The position numbers and the translations under genes are program-made. Below, in pieces: positions 27,601-35,683 of a DNA stretch of 64,000 nucleotides (position 1 is the stretch's first letter; each line of letters starts with the position of its first letter). The notes under the pieces were generated by a model. The model was not told the origin of the DNA. It was given only the letters and a program-made list of their open reading frames with translations, and searched no databases. Source of the DNA: a virus; the IMG/VR virus record IMGVR_UViG_3300001798_000001. One strand, written 5' to 3'.

Positions 27601-29233
27601 GACGACCTCAACCCTCTTCTCGAAGCCGGGTGAGTTTTTCCCTCGCATTTCTGCCATCATCAATGCAAATAAGGAGGGCTTAAACCTCGCATCGAAGGTA
27701 TTCAAGGGTGAGAAAACAATTCTTTCAAAATACTATGAGCCTGCCGTACCAAAGGATCCTGCATTCTCGGGGCCGTTTGAATTTTTGAACAAAGTGGAAT
27801 ACGTTGGCAGATTCTTGAATGCACAAGACGCCTACTTCTCAAACGCATTCCGTGAGAGCGAAATCGCAGGACTCCGTGCCGGTAAATTCACCTACGGCCT
27901 TGACAATGAAGTAACCGCCAAGGCAATGGATGAAGCGATTGCAGCATTCGCCGGTCAGCAGGGTACATTCCGCAATGCCTTCGAACACACATTCGTCGGG
28001 GAAATCGCAAAATCGGTGGCACAACTTAAATCGTCGCAGGTCGAAGGAGTTGCTGCCTTTGGGAACTTTATTTTTCCATTCGTTAAAACCATCGCCAATA
28101 TCACCGATAGGCGTCTTGACTATGTACCATTTTTGAACCTCTGGCGCACATTTGCGGGCCGAGGTCTCTACGAACAACGTGCCAATAGAATTCTGAAAGA
28201 CGCGAATCTTGTTGCCATGCTTCGTGAGGATTTGGTTGGTCAGGGGAAAACACTCTCGCAGGCATCATCGCTTGCTGAATCAGAGGCCCGCCGCGTGAAA
28301 GAAATTGTCATCGATCGTCTACGCAATCAGCAGTTGGGGCGCTTCTATATGGGTATGACCGTTCTCGCTGCCGGCGTACCGTACGCGATGACCGGTGGCA
28401 TCACTGGATCCGGCCCGAAAGGTAAGAACGAGCGAGCGGTTTTGATGAAGAGCGGATGGCGCCCGAACTCAATCTTCGTTCCGGGTGTTGGCTACTTACC
28501 GTATCAGAACACCCTCCTCCCCATTGCCTCTATTCTTTCGGCGCTTGGAAACATTTCCGATGCCTATAAGTACGGTGCAGAGGACATGACTATCACTGAT
28601 GGTGCATTTGATGGCTTGAAGGGTTTCCTTCGGTCGGAACTCGATCAATCATTCTTGACCGGTATTTCAAATATCTATGATTTCGTCTACGGTTATACCA
28701 CCGGCGGACAATTTGTCTCAAAAATGGTAGCGAATGCTATTCCAATTCCTGCTGCGTGGACGCAGTTGAAAGACGTGATAGCTCCGCAACGATATGAAGC
28801 GCGCACCTTGTCAGAACAAATCTCGGCAAAGCTCGGCTCTCCGGTCGACATCTTCTCCGGCCAGAACCTTGAGCCGAAGCTCGATGCGTTCGGTGATCAG
28901 GTGAAGGCCGACATCATCTATGGTCTCCTGCCGCCATGGGGAACATCGGTCGAGAACGATCCGGTACTTGAATTCTTCAAAGCTGAAGGCGTTTCCATTG
29001 GAAAACCGCAGATTTCGACGAAGGTAGATACTGAAGACGGAGGGAAACGAGAACTTACTCCACAGGAATACACAACGTACGTCTCGGAGAGCGGTAAATT
29101 GATTTATGATGAGCTTGAAGATCGCGTGAAATCAGGCGACTTCAAAGGACTCACCAAGGATGAAATTAAATCTGAAATATCCAAGGTCGTTCGCCGACAC
29201 CGGAGCGAGGTTAAGGAACAGTTCGCTCCATAA
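24671..29233 (+). CDS. Large internal virion / ejection protein (1520 aa) with a zincin-like HELGH motif
   Basis: LAHELGH followed by SERFADAV; C-terminal SGWRPNSI...DAFG region resembles large polyvalent-protein tails. Confidence 0.7.
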   Translation: MAKKDVAKENKFEGIFADVAPTAPTSPFAGIFNGVETGSRVGASFGTFQPTNFKKIQGAAASAEEASAQAEKDASFGTLARRTITGAPAAVFSVAKQVAEDPKQAAYQAALGLANGITLGATDYLQRRAFIDESKKNGMDELEAEQMAERILMPDDPELAGIRSGFDLAGMAVPFIGTEKLFIAGAKYAAPAWTAKYGRAAKTLVDIGAWNTVGQIQESFTPAEKRDRLGRILTDTSLAIGMNLGGMAFNRIRGTTFKNPFVVAPVSPGATGQRGAPEVSKMLDSSESFDVQGSIKSGSIPRETVYLDGNTVRPDFARGRIDDMAQKLDLYHKGLGEVFRSRVKPDGVTMNGNVPETLLAEAKKVLTEAQAAASGEATSLPPKLAQALFKSPNPEATVAVTARLGKVVAEGARGEGEKITVATNNLDSLRNYIKGSGEIDYKIVKTLGADARGNSIQARHEFNPKTGVHTIYATNETTANQLAHELGHFFDTSLTKTSAGLSRLLPAFERNPEAVQDLLGSFSVARLGGQASSKQVSADIKAVVNNLMKETEALSTARRGAAASSPSERFADAVGEILSGTAKKEQAPTLAALLEHSKRFDDMKLFGKEVAEQSVKAEKEVSALKAAESIDETGARPGDWKLSRAEYIKKYPNVLKKKPEEMTWIEQEKIYVQGKLAQSKEFSEAKTAYEATEFGTQEARIAGRKVQEIDKAADLEITNLVADLKKSPEVAKRASEQLAEYRGKVSAPRAVKGEKIKELPRTQTGKKPETEPFKSELITTDDDLEIFINKTILPKVTGKERIGKSNEDIIKGAFESNLTEASFDKFLTQRFGNLSEDVLKMKRLMSDKAVSLSDTLIGKDLAELSGAELKDAMTQYNQLVEMFEVFAGVRTELSNSFRTLGIAVNAGENDVLMNALQTIQKAIGAEKDPFKIMQKAAETRSMSIVEKYFTVWYPALLSGWKTQVRNITGNASNLALQTTSTLFSKPGEFFPRISAIINANKEGLNLASKVFKGEKTILSKYYEPAVPKDPAFSGPFEFLNKVEYVGRFLNAQDAYFSNAFRESEIAGLRAGKFTYGLDNEVTAKAMDEAIAAFAGQQGTFRNAFEHTFVGEIAKSVAQLKSSQVEGVAAFGNFIFPFVKTIANITDRRLDYVPFLNLWRTFAGRGLYEQRANRILKDANLVAMLREDLVGQGKTLSQASSLAESEARRVKEIVIDRLRNQQLGRFYMGMTVLAAGVPYAMTGGITGSGPKGKNERAVLMKSGWRPNSIFVPGVGYLPYQNTLLPIASILSALGNISDAYKYGAEDMTITDGAFDGLKGFLRSELDQSFLTGISNIYDFVYGYTTGGQFVSKMVANAIPIPAAWTQLKDVIAPQRYEARTLSEQISAKLGSPVDIFSGQNLEPKLDAFGDQVKADIIYGLLPPWGTSVENDPVLEFFKAEGVSIGKPQISTKVDTEDGGKRELTPQEYTTYVSESGKLIYDELEDRVKSGDFKGLTKDEIKSEISKVVRRHRSEVKEQFAP

Positions 29234-29238
29234 GGCTT

Positions 29239-29697
29239 ATGAAAGACCACATTATTAACGATTTCATGAACTACGCCACCTCGTCTCTCGCAGCGGTGTG
29301 TAGCAACTTTTATCTGAAATGCGGTGCTGCATTTGTGTACACCTTCTACGCCTTCCATTTTGATACGCTCCAAACCGCGGCTTTGCAGGCCATTTTAATG
29401 CTTGTTGTCCTCGATATGATTACCGGCATTTTTGCCGCCTACAAAACGGGTGAATCAATCCGTTCACGAAAATTCTTTGCATCAGCAGTCAAACTTTCTC
29501 TCTATTTAATCATGATCTCTGCGGCACACTTTGTTGAAGTTGCAGTACCCGAACTTTCCGGCTTCACTGATGAAGCTATGATAGCCTTCGTTGCGCTCAC
29601 TGAAATTATTTCGGTGATAGAAAACATCTCGAAGGCGGGGTATGCAACACCACAGCGAATCCTTGAGACATTAAAAAAATTAAAGGAAGCAAAATAA
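29239..29697 (+). CDS. Holin (phage_holin_4-like)
   Basis: LVVLDMITGIFAAYK...IRSRK...EIISVIENISKAG family pattern; TM helices. Confidence 0.85.
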   Translation: MKDHIINDFMNYATSSLAAVCSNFYLKCGAAFVYTFYAFHFDTLQTAALQAILMLVVLDMITGIFAAYKTGESIRSRKFFASAVKLSLYLIMISAAHFVEVAVPELSGFTDEAMIAFVALTEIISVIENISKAGYATPQRILETLKKLKEAK

Positions 29698-29698
29698 T

Positions 29699-30826
29699 AT
29701 GCCACCAGAACAAGGAAAAAATACCGGCGTTCTCATCCGTCCTCCAAAATCTTCCGCGTGGATTGCGGGAGGTGAATCAGGTATTGTCCCCGCAGTACTA
29801 GAAGAGTCAGGACAGTTCGACGTCTATCTGCCCGACGAAGAGGCGCAAGCGCAATTCACTCCTTTTGTTTTTGATACCCGTGCGTGTGTGACGTTCTCCG
29901 GTCTCAACGACATCGAGACCCTCCTGAACCGTCTTCGTGCTAAAACTCTCCTTCCGGCGACCCACGACAAATTCCTCCTCGACAGTGGCATCGTGAATAA
30001 ACAGAGTGGCAAGGTCAACCTCTCTGATCGCTTTACGGCAAAGATGTCAGGAACGACCTTTGATGGCAACTATCTTGAGGCGGTCGGTGATTCAATCCGT
30101 CACGATGGTGTCGTTTCCGAACTCGACTACCCGTTCCCAACGTTTACGCCTGAAGAGAATATGGACGGGGCGAAGAAATGGGCGCGATACTACCAAGAGA
30201 TCCCGACGGACATCAAAGACAAAGCACGAAAATTCCTCGATTATTTCCAAGTAAATTACGAGTGGGTTGCGCTTGGTACGTCGAATCCCGCAAAACTACG
30301 AGAGGAATTGAAGAAGGGGCCAATCCAGATTGCGGCCGCAATTTGTTCGCCATGGAACTCGAATGACGGGATGCCCCCAATCGCTGCGTGTGGCTGTGGC
30401 ACTGAACACGCAACAATGATCTACGGGTACCGTACAGATGACCTCGCTTTCAAAGATTTTGACCATTACAAGAGCTTCCGGAAGCTCCTCGCAGCCGACT
30501 ACTGCATCCAATGGGGTATGCGATATGTCCTCACTGTGAAGGATCTGACGCAGCCGGCACCGTTCAAGTACACCTTCAAAATCAACCTTCGCTTCGGCGC
30601 CGGGGCTACGGCAGAGGTAAAGAACCTTCAACGCGCCCTACAGACGCTCAAACGAGCCGATGGCACGCCCTATATGAAAATAGGGGTGTTCGGCCCATTC
30701 GGGCCACAGACGAAGACTGCCCTTGGCCTCTTCCAGACTGACAATGGTATTACTGACCCGGATGGTCAGGGAACGAATTTCGGCCCGCAGACCCGTGCGA
30801 AAATGAACGCCAAATTGAATGCTTAA
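29699..30826 (+). CDS. Putative endolysin: papain-like (C1) Cys peptidase plus C-terminal peptidoglycan-binding domain
   Basis: RACVTFSG (Cys), HATMIYGY (His), DHY; C-terminal VKNLQRAL...FGPQTKTALGLFQ...FGPQT PGBD-like. Confidence 0.75.
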   Translation: MPPEQGKNTGVLIRPPKSSAWIAGGESGIVPAVLEESGQFDVYLPDEEAQAQFTPFVFDTRACVTFSGLNDIETLLNRLRAKTLLPATHDKFLLDSGIVNKQSGKVNLSDRFTAKMSGTTFDGNYLEAVGDSIRHDGVVSELDYPFPTFTPEENMDGAKKWARYYQEIPTDIKDKARKFLDYFQVNYEWVALGTSNPAKLREELKKGPIQIAAAICSPWNSNDGMPPIAACGCGTEHATMIYGYRTDDLAFKDFDHYKSFRKLLAADYCIQWGMRYVLTVKDLTQPAPFKYTFKINLRFGAGATAEVKNLQRALQTLKRADGTPYMKIGVFGPFGPQTKTALGLFQTDNGITDPDGQGTNFGPQTRAKMNAKLNA

Positions 30827-30849
30827 TAGCGTACAGTGGACGTACGCGA

Positions 30850-30875
30850 AAATACCCCTCTACAGAGGGGTATTT
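30850..30875. terminator. Terminator-like hairpin after the C1 peptidase gene
   Basis: AAATACCCCTC-TACA-GAGGGGTATTT. Confidence 0.7.
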
Positions 30876-31025
30876 GCCTAGAGGTTCGCCACCGTTATGT
30901 GGTATACCGGCCCTAGAGGGGGATTACTATAACACAGTTTTATGAATCGTCGATGAACTGTGCATAAGGGTGAGGACACCGGGGATAACGCGTTACCATA
31001 TATATAGCCCACAACGGGCAACACT

Positions 31026-31256
31026 ATGATAGAAGTAGGAATCATCGTCGCAGTAATTATTGGCCTCATTCAAGCGATCAAGGCTATTGGCCTTCCGTCG
31101 CAGTTTGCACCGATCATATCGATAATGCTTGGCGTCATTGCCTCGTATTTCGTAGGTGAGCCGGGCGCAATCGGAGTGGTGGTCTTTAATGGCGTCATGT
31201 ACGGATTGATGGCCTCCGGCCTCTATTCCGGCGTGAAAGCGACAGTCTCGCAGTAA
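31026..31256 (+). CDS. Second small holin-like membrane protein (76 aa)
   Basis: GLIQAIKAIGLPSQFAPIISIMLG...GLMASGLYSGVK small-holin pattern. Confidence 0.8.
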   Translation: MIEVGIIVAVIIGLIQAIKAIGLPSQFAPIISIMLGVIASYFVGEPGAIGVVVFNGVMYGLMASGLYSGVKATVSQ

Positions 31257-31353
31257 GGCAATCCGACCTCCCCACCTCGTCGTTGGGAAGGCGTTTCACA
31301 CGAAACACCCATTGGTCGGTGAGATATTCGGTACCCATGATCAGTAATCGCTT

Positions 31354-31797
31354 ATAAAACGTGCTACATTCATCGTTGCTTCCGTAATAGCCCTCCTTGC
31401 CTTCTTGGTTCCCGTAGCGGTTGCGACCGCACCGGCACCGGAGGCGGCCGTTCCACATGAAACCGGCAAGATTCTTGCTACCTCGACCGACCAGACCGGG
31501 TTCGTCCGCGAGTACCTGACTGATCGCCTCGGTAAAGGACACCCCCTGCTCGCAGTCGCCTCTTGTGAGGGGAAATGGCGTCAGTGGGAAGAGGACGGTA
31601 CACCACTCAAAGGAGATATCAATCCGCTCGATACCGGGGTTTTCCAAGTAAACCTGAAGTACCACGGTGAGCGCGCTAAAGAGCTTGGTATCGATCTGGG
31701 GTCACTCCAAGGCAATACCGACTACGCCCTCCTCTTATATAAGGAGCAGGGGCTGACCCCATGGAACTGGTCAAAGCATTGTTGGGATCCTCAATAA
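31354..31797 (+). CDS. Secreted lysozyme-fold/lytic transglycosylase endolysin; probable ATA start
   Basis: CEGKWRQ (catalytic E), DTGVFQVN, GLTPW motifs. The frame extends upstream to ATA-AAA-CGT, giving the signal peptide (M)KRATFIVASVIALLAFLVP; an in-frame TAA precedes it. Confidence 0.75.
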   Translation: MKRATFIVASVIALLAFLVPVAVATAPAPEAAVPHETGKILATSTDQTGFVREYLTDRLGKGHPLLAVASCEGKWRQWEEDGTPLKGDINPLDTGVFQVNLKYHGERAKELGIDLGSLQGNTDYALLLYKEQGLTPWNWSKHCWDPQ

Positions 31798-32162
31798 TTT
31801 TTATGTCCACAGGCGCTGCAATAGCGCCTTTCTTCGTTACCTTTGGCTGAATTATCACCGGCGGTGAGGATTTGGATATTGGTAAGAGAATAGTGGCCGA
31901 GCCGATCGATACGGTCGACTGACGGGGCGAGTTTATGCGGGAAGCCTGACTTCTCCCATTCGTCGAACATTAAAATAAATTCGGTATCGTGAAGAAATTC
32001 TATAAATTCTTCTCTTGAAAATGTGAGTTGCACCTGTTCGTACCCGCGTTTGTCTCCGGTTGTACGCCGCTTCATGCTTTCATACATCAAAAGTGCATAC
32101 CCATCGGGAGTGTGTCTCTTGCGCCACCGTTTTTTATCTCTGATGTGGCGTGGCGTTCGCAT
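31791..32162 (-). CDS. HNH-like endonuclease
   Basis: APSVDRIDRLGHYSLTNIQILTAGDNSAKG. Confidence 0.75.
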   Translation of the reverse strand: MRTPRHIRDKKRWRKRHTPDGYALLMYESMKRRTTGDKRGYEQVQLTFSREEFIEFLHDTEFILMFDEWEKSGFPHKLAPSVDRIDRLGHYSLTNIQILTAGDNSAKGNEERRYCSACGHKNY

Positions 32163-32189
32163 TAGATCGGTTACATAAAAAAACTCCCA

Positions 32190-32423
32190 CTAAAGGGAGT
32201 CAGCGAGTGTCTTAATTATCTCTGCGTATTCTTTGACGCACTTCTTGTGAAACTGCGTGCCACCGACACCATATTTGTCTCTGATTTTCTTCGGTGCAGA
32301 ATCCTGCGCACAATCATCAAGATGGGAAATAAGCGAGTCCCATGCGAGCCGGATGCTCTTGATGACTTTCTTTTCGCGTGTGTATGTTTTTTTTGCCATA
32401 CCGAGTACCACCGTTTCTGGCAC
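32190..32423 (-). CDS. Hypothetical protein
   Basis: Operon-packed ORF. Confidence 0.55.
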   Translation of the reverse strand: MPETVVLGMAKKTYTREKKVIKSIRLAWDSLISHLDDCAQDSAPKKIRDKYGVGGTQFHKKCVKEYAEIIKTLADSL

Positions 32424-32473
32424 TGGTCAGCGAATGAAGGTAAATTTGCCTACCCATTAAGTATAGCGCATGG

Positions 32474-32782
32474 TCAATAGCGCGACAGCACCTTTGTGAA
32501 TTCCTCCGGGTCGAGATCCCTGAACTTCAAGAAGGCGATCCTACGGAGGAACCTTTTACGCTCCTCTGCGTGTTTGAGAGGCATGTACGGAGACCAATGC
32601 TTATTATCAACCGTCAAATCGTAATGGACGTCAATGACTTTTGCCCCGATAACGTGTGCGTGGAATCTTCCGCGCAGTCCTTCGGGCCGGATAAAGTCGT
32701 CTTTATCCTTTCGGTACTGGTACCCCGCTATCCGGAGCGCCCGCTTCGGTGTTATGCGGTAATTGTTGAGGATGATTTTCAT
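32474..32782 (-). CDS. Hypothetical protein (102 aa)
   Basis: ATG ORF; RFHAH motif. Confidence 0.6.
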   Translation of the reverse strand: MKIILNNYRITPKRALRIAGYQYRKDKDDFIRPEGLRGRFHAHVIGAKVIDVHYDLTVDNKHWSPYMPLKHAEERKRFLRRIAFLKFRDLDPEEFTKVLSRY

Positions 32783-33329
32783 TTGCGGAGACGATTTTGT
32801 CTACTTCCGCAAAGAGGACATCGAGCCTTCCGTCGGGAACAGAAATGACGTGATCAACAGGAATCTCATCCTGCTCTGTCTCCGAACGGTGCTGCGATAC
32901 CTGCTCCTTGCCTTCGCGTATTACGCGAATGATTTTCCCGTCGTAGAGACGTACGGCCTGCGCCTCATTGATGAATCGGCAGTCATCCACCACAATGCGC
33001 ATCTTGCCTTGATGGAGGAAGTCGAGGACGGCGGCCTTCCACTTCACAATCCAGTAATTCATATCGTCGCGGCGCCTGACTTCGGTTCCATAGTTTTGCA
33101 TCAGGAAGCGAACCGGATCGGGCTTCACTTGAAACAATTCATCAATCGAGAGATTGAACTCCTTGCTGAAATGTTTCAAAAGATCAGGGAAGTTCTGTTG
33201 CACCTCGAAGATGAGCGCATCCTTGAAGTTGCGGCGGATGAATCCGTATTTTGATTCAAGATACCGGGCTGCGGTTGTTTTTCCCGCGCCGATTTTCCCG
33301 ACGAATGATATGACTACTGGTTTGTTCAT
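32703..33329 (-). CDS. Deoxynucleoside monophosphate kinase
   Basis: GKIGAGKTT P-loop, MQNYGTEVRR, VVDDCRFINEA, HRSE. Confidence 0.9.
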   Translation of the reverse strand: MNKPVVISFVGKIGAGKTTAARYLESKYGFIRRNFKDALIFEVQQNFPDLLKHFSKEFNLSIDELFQVKPDPVRFLMQNYGTEVRRRDDMNYWIVKWKAAVLDFLHQGKMRIVVDDCRFINEAQAVRLYDGKIIRVIREGKEQVSQHRSETEQDEIPVDHVISVPDGRLDVLFAEVDKIVSANENHPQQLPHNTEAGAPDSGVPVPKG

Positions 33330-33514
33330 TATTCTTGGATCTCACTTACCTCTATTTTCACTACCGTGAGATTGGTTCCGGCAGTGTGTGCTTCTGCAGA
33401 TGCTCGCGTCACAAAGACTGGCATGAGTCCGGCGTCCTTATCACCGTCCAACTCATCGACTTTGATGCAATCGCATTCTGGTTTTTTGAGGGCGTATAAC
33501 TGTTTGAGTCCCAT
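33329..33514 (-). CDS. Hypothetical protein (61 aa)
   Basis: Operon-packed ORF. Confidence 0.55.
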   Translation of the reverse strand: MGLKQLYALKKPECDCIKVDELDGDKDAGLMPVFVTRASAEAHTAGTNLTVVKIEVSEIQE

Positions 33515-33515
33515 A

Positions 33516-33764
33516 CTATTTTATTGGTTTACGGACATAATACCCTGCAAGTTTAGGAAGGTTCTCAAGAACGAGATAAATGTCACCCTTCGCAATTTGA
33601 CTCATCCCATCCATCGCCGAGAGAAGTGTGACAATGGCTTTGTCGGTTAATCCCGCCGTTTTGATTTGTTTGAACGCGTTCGAGATAGAGACAATGGACG
33701 ACGCTAACAGTTCTGGTGTTTCAGGATTTTCGTCGTCCTTAATTATCTTAATGTTGCGTGCCAT
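33516..33764 (-). CDS. Hypothetical protein (MARNIKIIKDDENPE...)
   Basis: ATG at 33764 is the more plausible start. Confidence 0.6.
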   Translation of the reverse strand: MARNIKIIKDDENPETPELLASSIVSISNAFKQIKTAGLTDKAIVTLLSAMDGMSQIAKGDIYLVLENLPKLAGYYVRKPIK

Positions 33765-33765
33765 A

Positions 33766-34086
33766 CTATTTCTTCGCGCGATATTCAATATACGGGTCTC
33801 CCGCAACCTCCGTCGCAATACCCTTCTGGCGTTCGGTCTCTTTCATTTTCTCGACCCTTTCTTCTTGCTTTTCAACCGCTTCCGAATACTCCCACTTCGT
33901 CTTTCCGGCCTTAAGGGAGAGAGCGCCTTGGTCGAGTTGGATGTCGTGACCGGCATCGGCGAGGTAGCCGAGAATGGTCGGTTTCAACATGTCCATCTCC
34001 GCCTTGGTCTGTTTTTCGATCTGCTTCAGTTCCTCGTAGCGGCGAGACGCCATGAGAACCGGTTCTGGAATTTTTATTCCGTCCAT
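33766..34086 (-). CDS. Hypothetical coiled-coil protein (106 aa)
   Basis: Operon-packed ORF. Confidence 0.65.
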   Translation of the reverse strand: MDGIKIPEPVLMASRRYEELKQIEKQTKAEMDMLKPTILGYLADAGHDIQLDQGALSLKAGKTKWEYSEAVEKQEERVEKMKETERQKGIATEVAGDPYIEYRAKK

Positions 34087-34259
34087 AGGTGGTAGAAATT
34101 AGTTTTTAATGGTTTTCCTTTCTTCCACCAGATTTCTGCAACCAGAGTCAGTTTGAAGAAAGAGAGCGCGATGATACGGTACCCGTCGCTGTGGTGGTAC
34201 GCGATGAATGACTCACCGACGTAGCTTCCGCGTTCCTGAATGACAGAGAATAATTTCAT
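34074..34259 (-). CDS. Hypothetical protein (61 aa)
   Basis: ATGA overlap with the upstream nuclease gene. Confidence 0.55.
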   Translation of the reverse strand: MKLFSVIQERGSYVGESFIAYHHSDGYRIIALSFFKLTLVAEIWWKKGKPLKTNFYHLWTE

Positions 34260-35284
34260 TTTACGTCTTGGTACTGGATTCCTGATTTAATCGGTTTCGC
34301 GAGTTCGGAACTGCCGATGTACACCTTGGGCCGAGGGTTCATCTTCTGGATCTTCTCTTTCCCATCTGACATCCAGTCCCACACTTTTGCGATGTGCGTG
34401 TATGCCTTGAACGCGGCTGTTCGGTCGACGACCCGCACGACCTCGTACTGCTTGCGGTCTTTATCGAGGCGGACGATGAGGATTTCTTCGGTTTTGAGAC
34501 CGGTGAGTTCCTTCAGACATTTATCGTACGTCGATCCTTGAATCGCATAGTCAGGCTTATCGACGGAATTCGCTGTCTTCCAGTCGATGAGTGCGAAAAC
34601 GCGCATCACCTCCCGTCCACAGTGTCCGCACATGAGATGACGAGGATTCCGCATACTCATCGCGTAATACAGATGAACGCACTCTTTACCATCGAATAGA
34701 TCAGGTGGTTTCGTTCCTTCTTTGATGACCTTTGAGACCATCATAAGGGCGTCGAGGGTGCCACCGGCCTTATGCCTGACGCTGAATACCAACTGCTCCG
34801 ATACGATAGGCTCTGCTTCGAAGTCGTTGATGAACTGTTCTGCGGAGCGCGCAATCGCCCAGAGTCGTGCGTCATCACCATCGATGTATGCGGTAATGTC
34901 GCGCGGCTTCTCGCCTTTTGCTATCCAGTCAAGGAGATATTTCTCGATGACCTTGTGTCCTGCGGTACCGACCGCGCCCGCCTCGTAGAACTGATCGCGA
35001 TGGACGAGGACGGCCGCTTTAAAGATGAGAGAGCGTTGTTCAACGCTCGCATCTTTCAGTACCTCCCAATTCTTGTCGATGTGTTCGGTTGCGAGTTTTG
35101 CGGCCCAGACTTTTAAGTGTGGAACATCGATGATACCGCTTTTGGTTGTAATCGATGCCGCGACGATGCCGGACGGTGTGTGTTCGTAGTAGTGGGCCTC
35201 GTCCGTGTGGCGCGGCACAATGAGGCCCGCAGGGATCTTGGTTGCCACTATCTCACGAATCTCCTGCACCGTCAGTTTCGCCAT
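34256..35284 (-). CDS. PD-(D/E)XK exonuclease (YqaJ/Cas4-like) with a Cys-rich insertion
   Basis: GTAGH, GGTLDAL, LIDWKT, QGSTY motifs; CVH...CGHC inserted between the catalytic D and DxK. Confidence 0.8.
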   Translation of the reverse strand: MAKLTVQEIREIVATKIPAGLIVPRHTDEAHYYEHTPSGIVAASITTKSGIIDVPHLKVWAAKLATEHIDKNWEVLKDASVEQRSLIFKAAVLVHRDQFYEAGAVGTAGHKVIEKYLLDWIAKGEKPRDITAYIDGDDARLWAIARSAEQFINDFEAEPIVSEQLVFSVRHKAGGTLDALMMVSKVIKEGTKPPDLFDGKECVHLYYAMSMRNPRHLMCGHCGREVMRVFALIDWKTANSVDKPDYAIQGSTYDKCLKELTGLKTEEILIVRLDKDRKQYEVVRVVDRTAAFKAYTHIAKVWDWMSDGKEKIQKMNPRPKVYIGSSELAKPIKSGIQYQDVK

Positions 35285-35285
35285 A

Positions 35286-35654
35286 CTAACCGAAGTCTTC
35301 GTCGTCAGCGACCGGCTTCATAACATCGATGCCGAGTGCTTTGAGATTATCTTCAGAGCCGAGCGCATGACCGACCGAGAAGTGCTTAAGCGTATTACCG
35401 CCGCCAGTCTTGGTTTCCTTGGTGTACTCGATGCGAACGATCGAGCCGGTAGGAATATCACGGAGCTTCTTCTGAAGTAATTGTGGGGCGAAGAACGGAA
35501 CGATGCCGTCCTTGGTGCGAATTTCGTAGACGTGGCCGATACCGTTTGCGGTGTTGCGCTTCTCATGATTTACAAGAAGACCTTCAACAACTGTGCCAAT
35601 CTCTTTCCACTTAACGAGTTCGCCTGACTCTACGCTTGTATAGTCGATAGACAT
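35286..35654 (-). CDS. Single-stranded DNA-binding protein (OB-fold-like)
   Basis: GTVVEG...GSIVRIEY strands and an acidic DDEDFG tail; adjacent to the exonuclease. Confidence 0.65.
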   Translation of the reverse strand: MSIDYTSVESGELVKWKEIGTVVEGLLVNHEKRNTANGIGHVYEIRTKDGIVPFFAPQLLQKKLRDIPTGSIVRIEYTKETKTGGGNTLKHFSVGHALGSEDNLKALGIDVMKPVADDEDFG

Positions 35655-35683
35655 AATTTTATTATTAACTAATAACTAATAAT

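Noticed and set aside
24671-29233. Tape measure protein / siphovirus tail
   Set aside because: No tail tube or tail chaperone genes precede it, and the gene order (adaptor, nozzle, fibre, ejection proteins) is podovirus-like.
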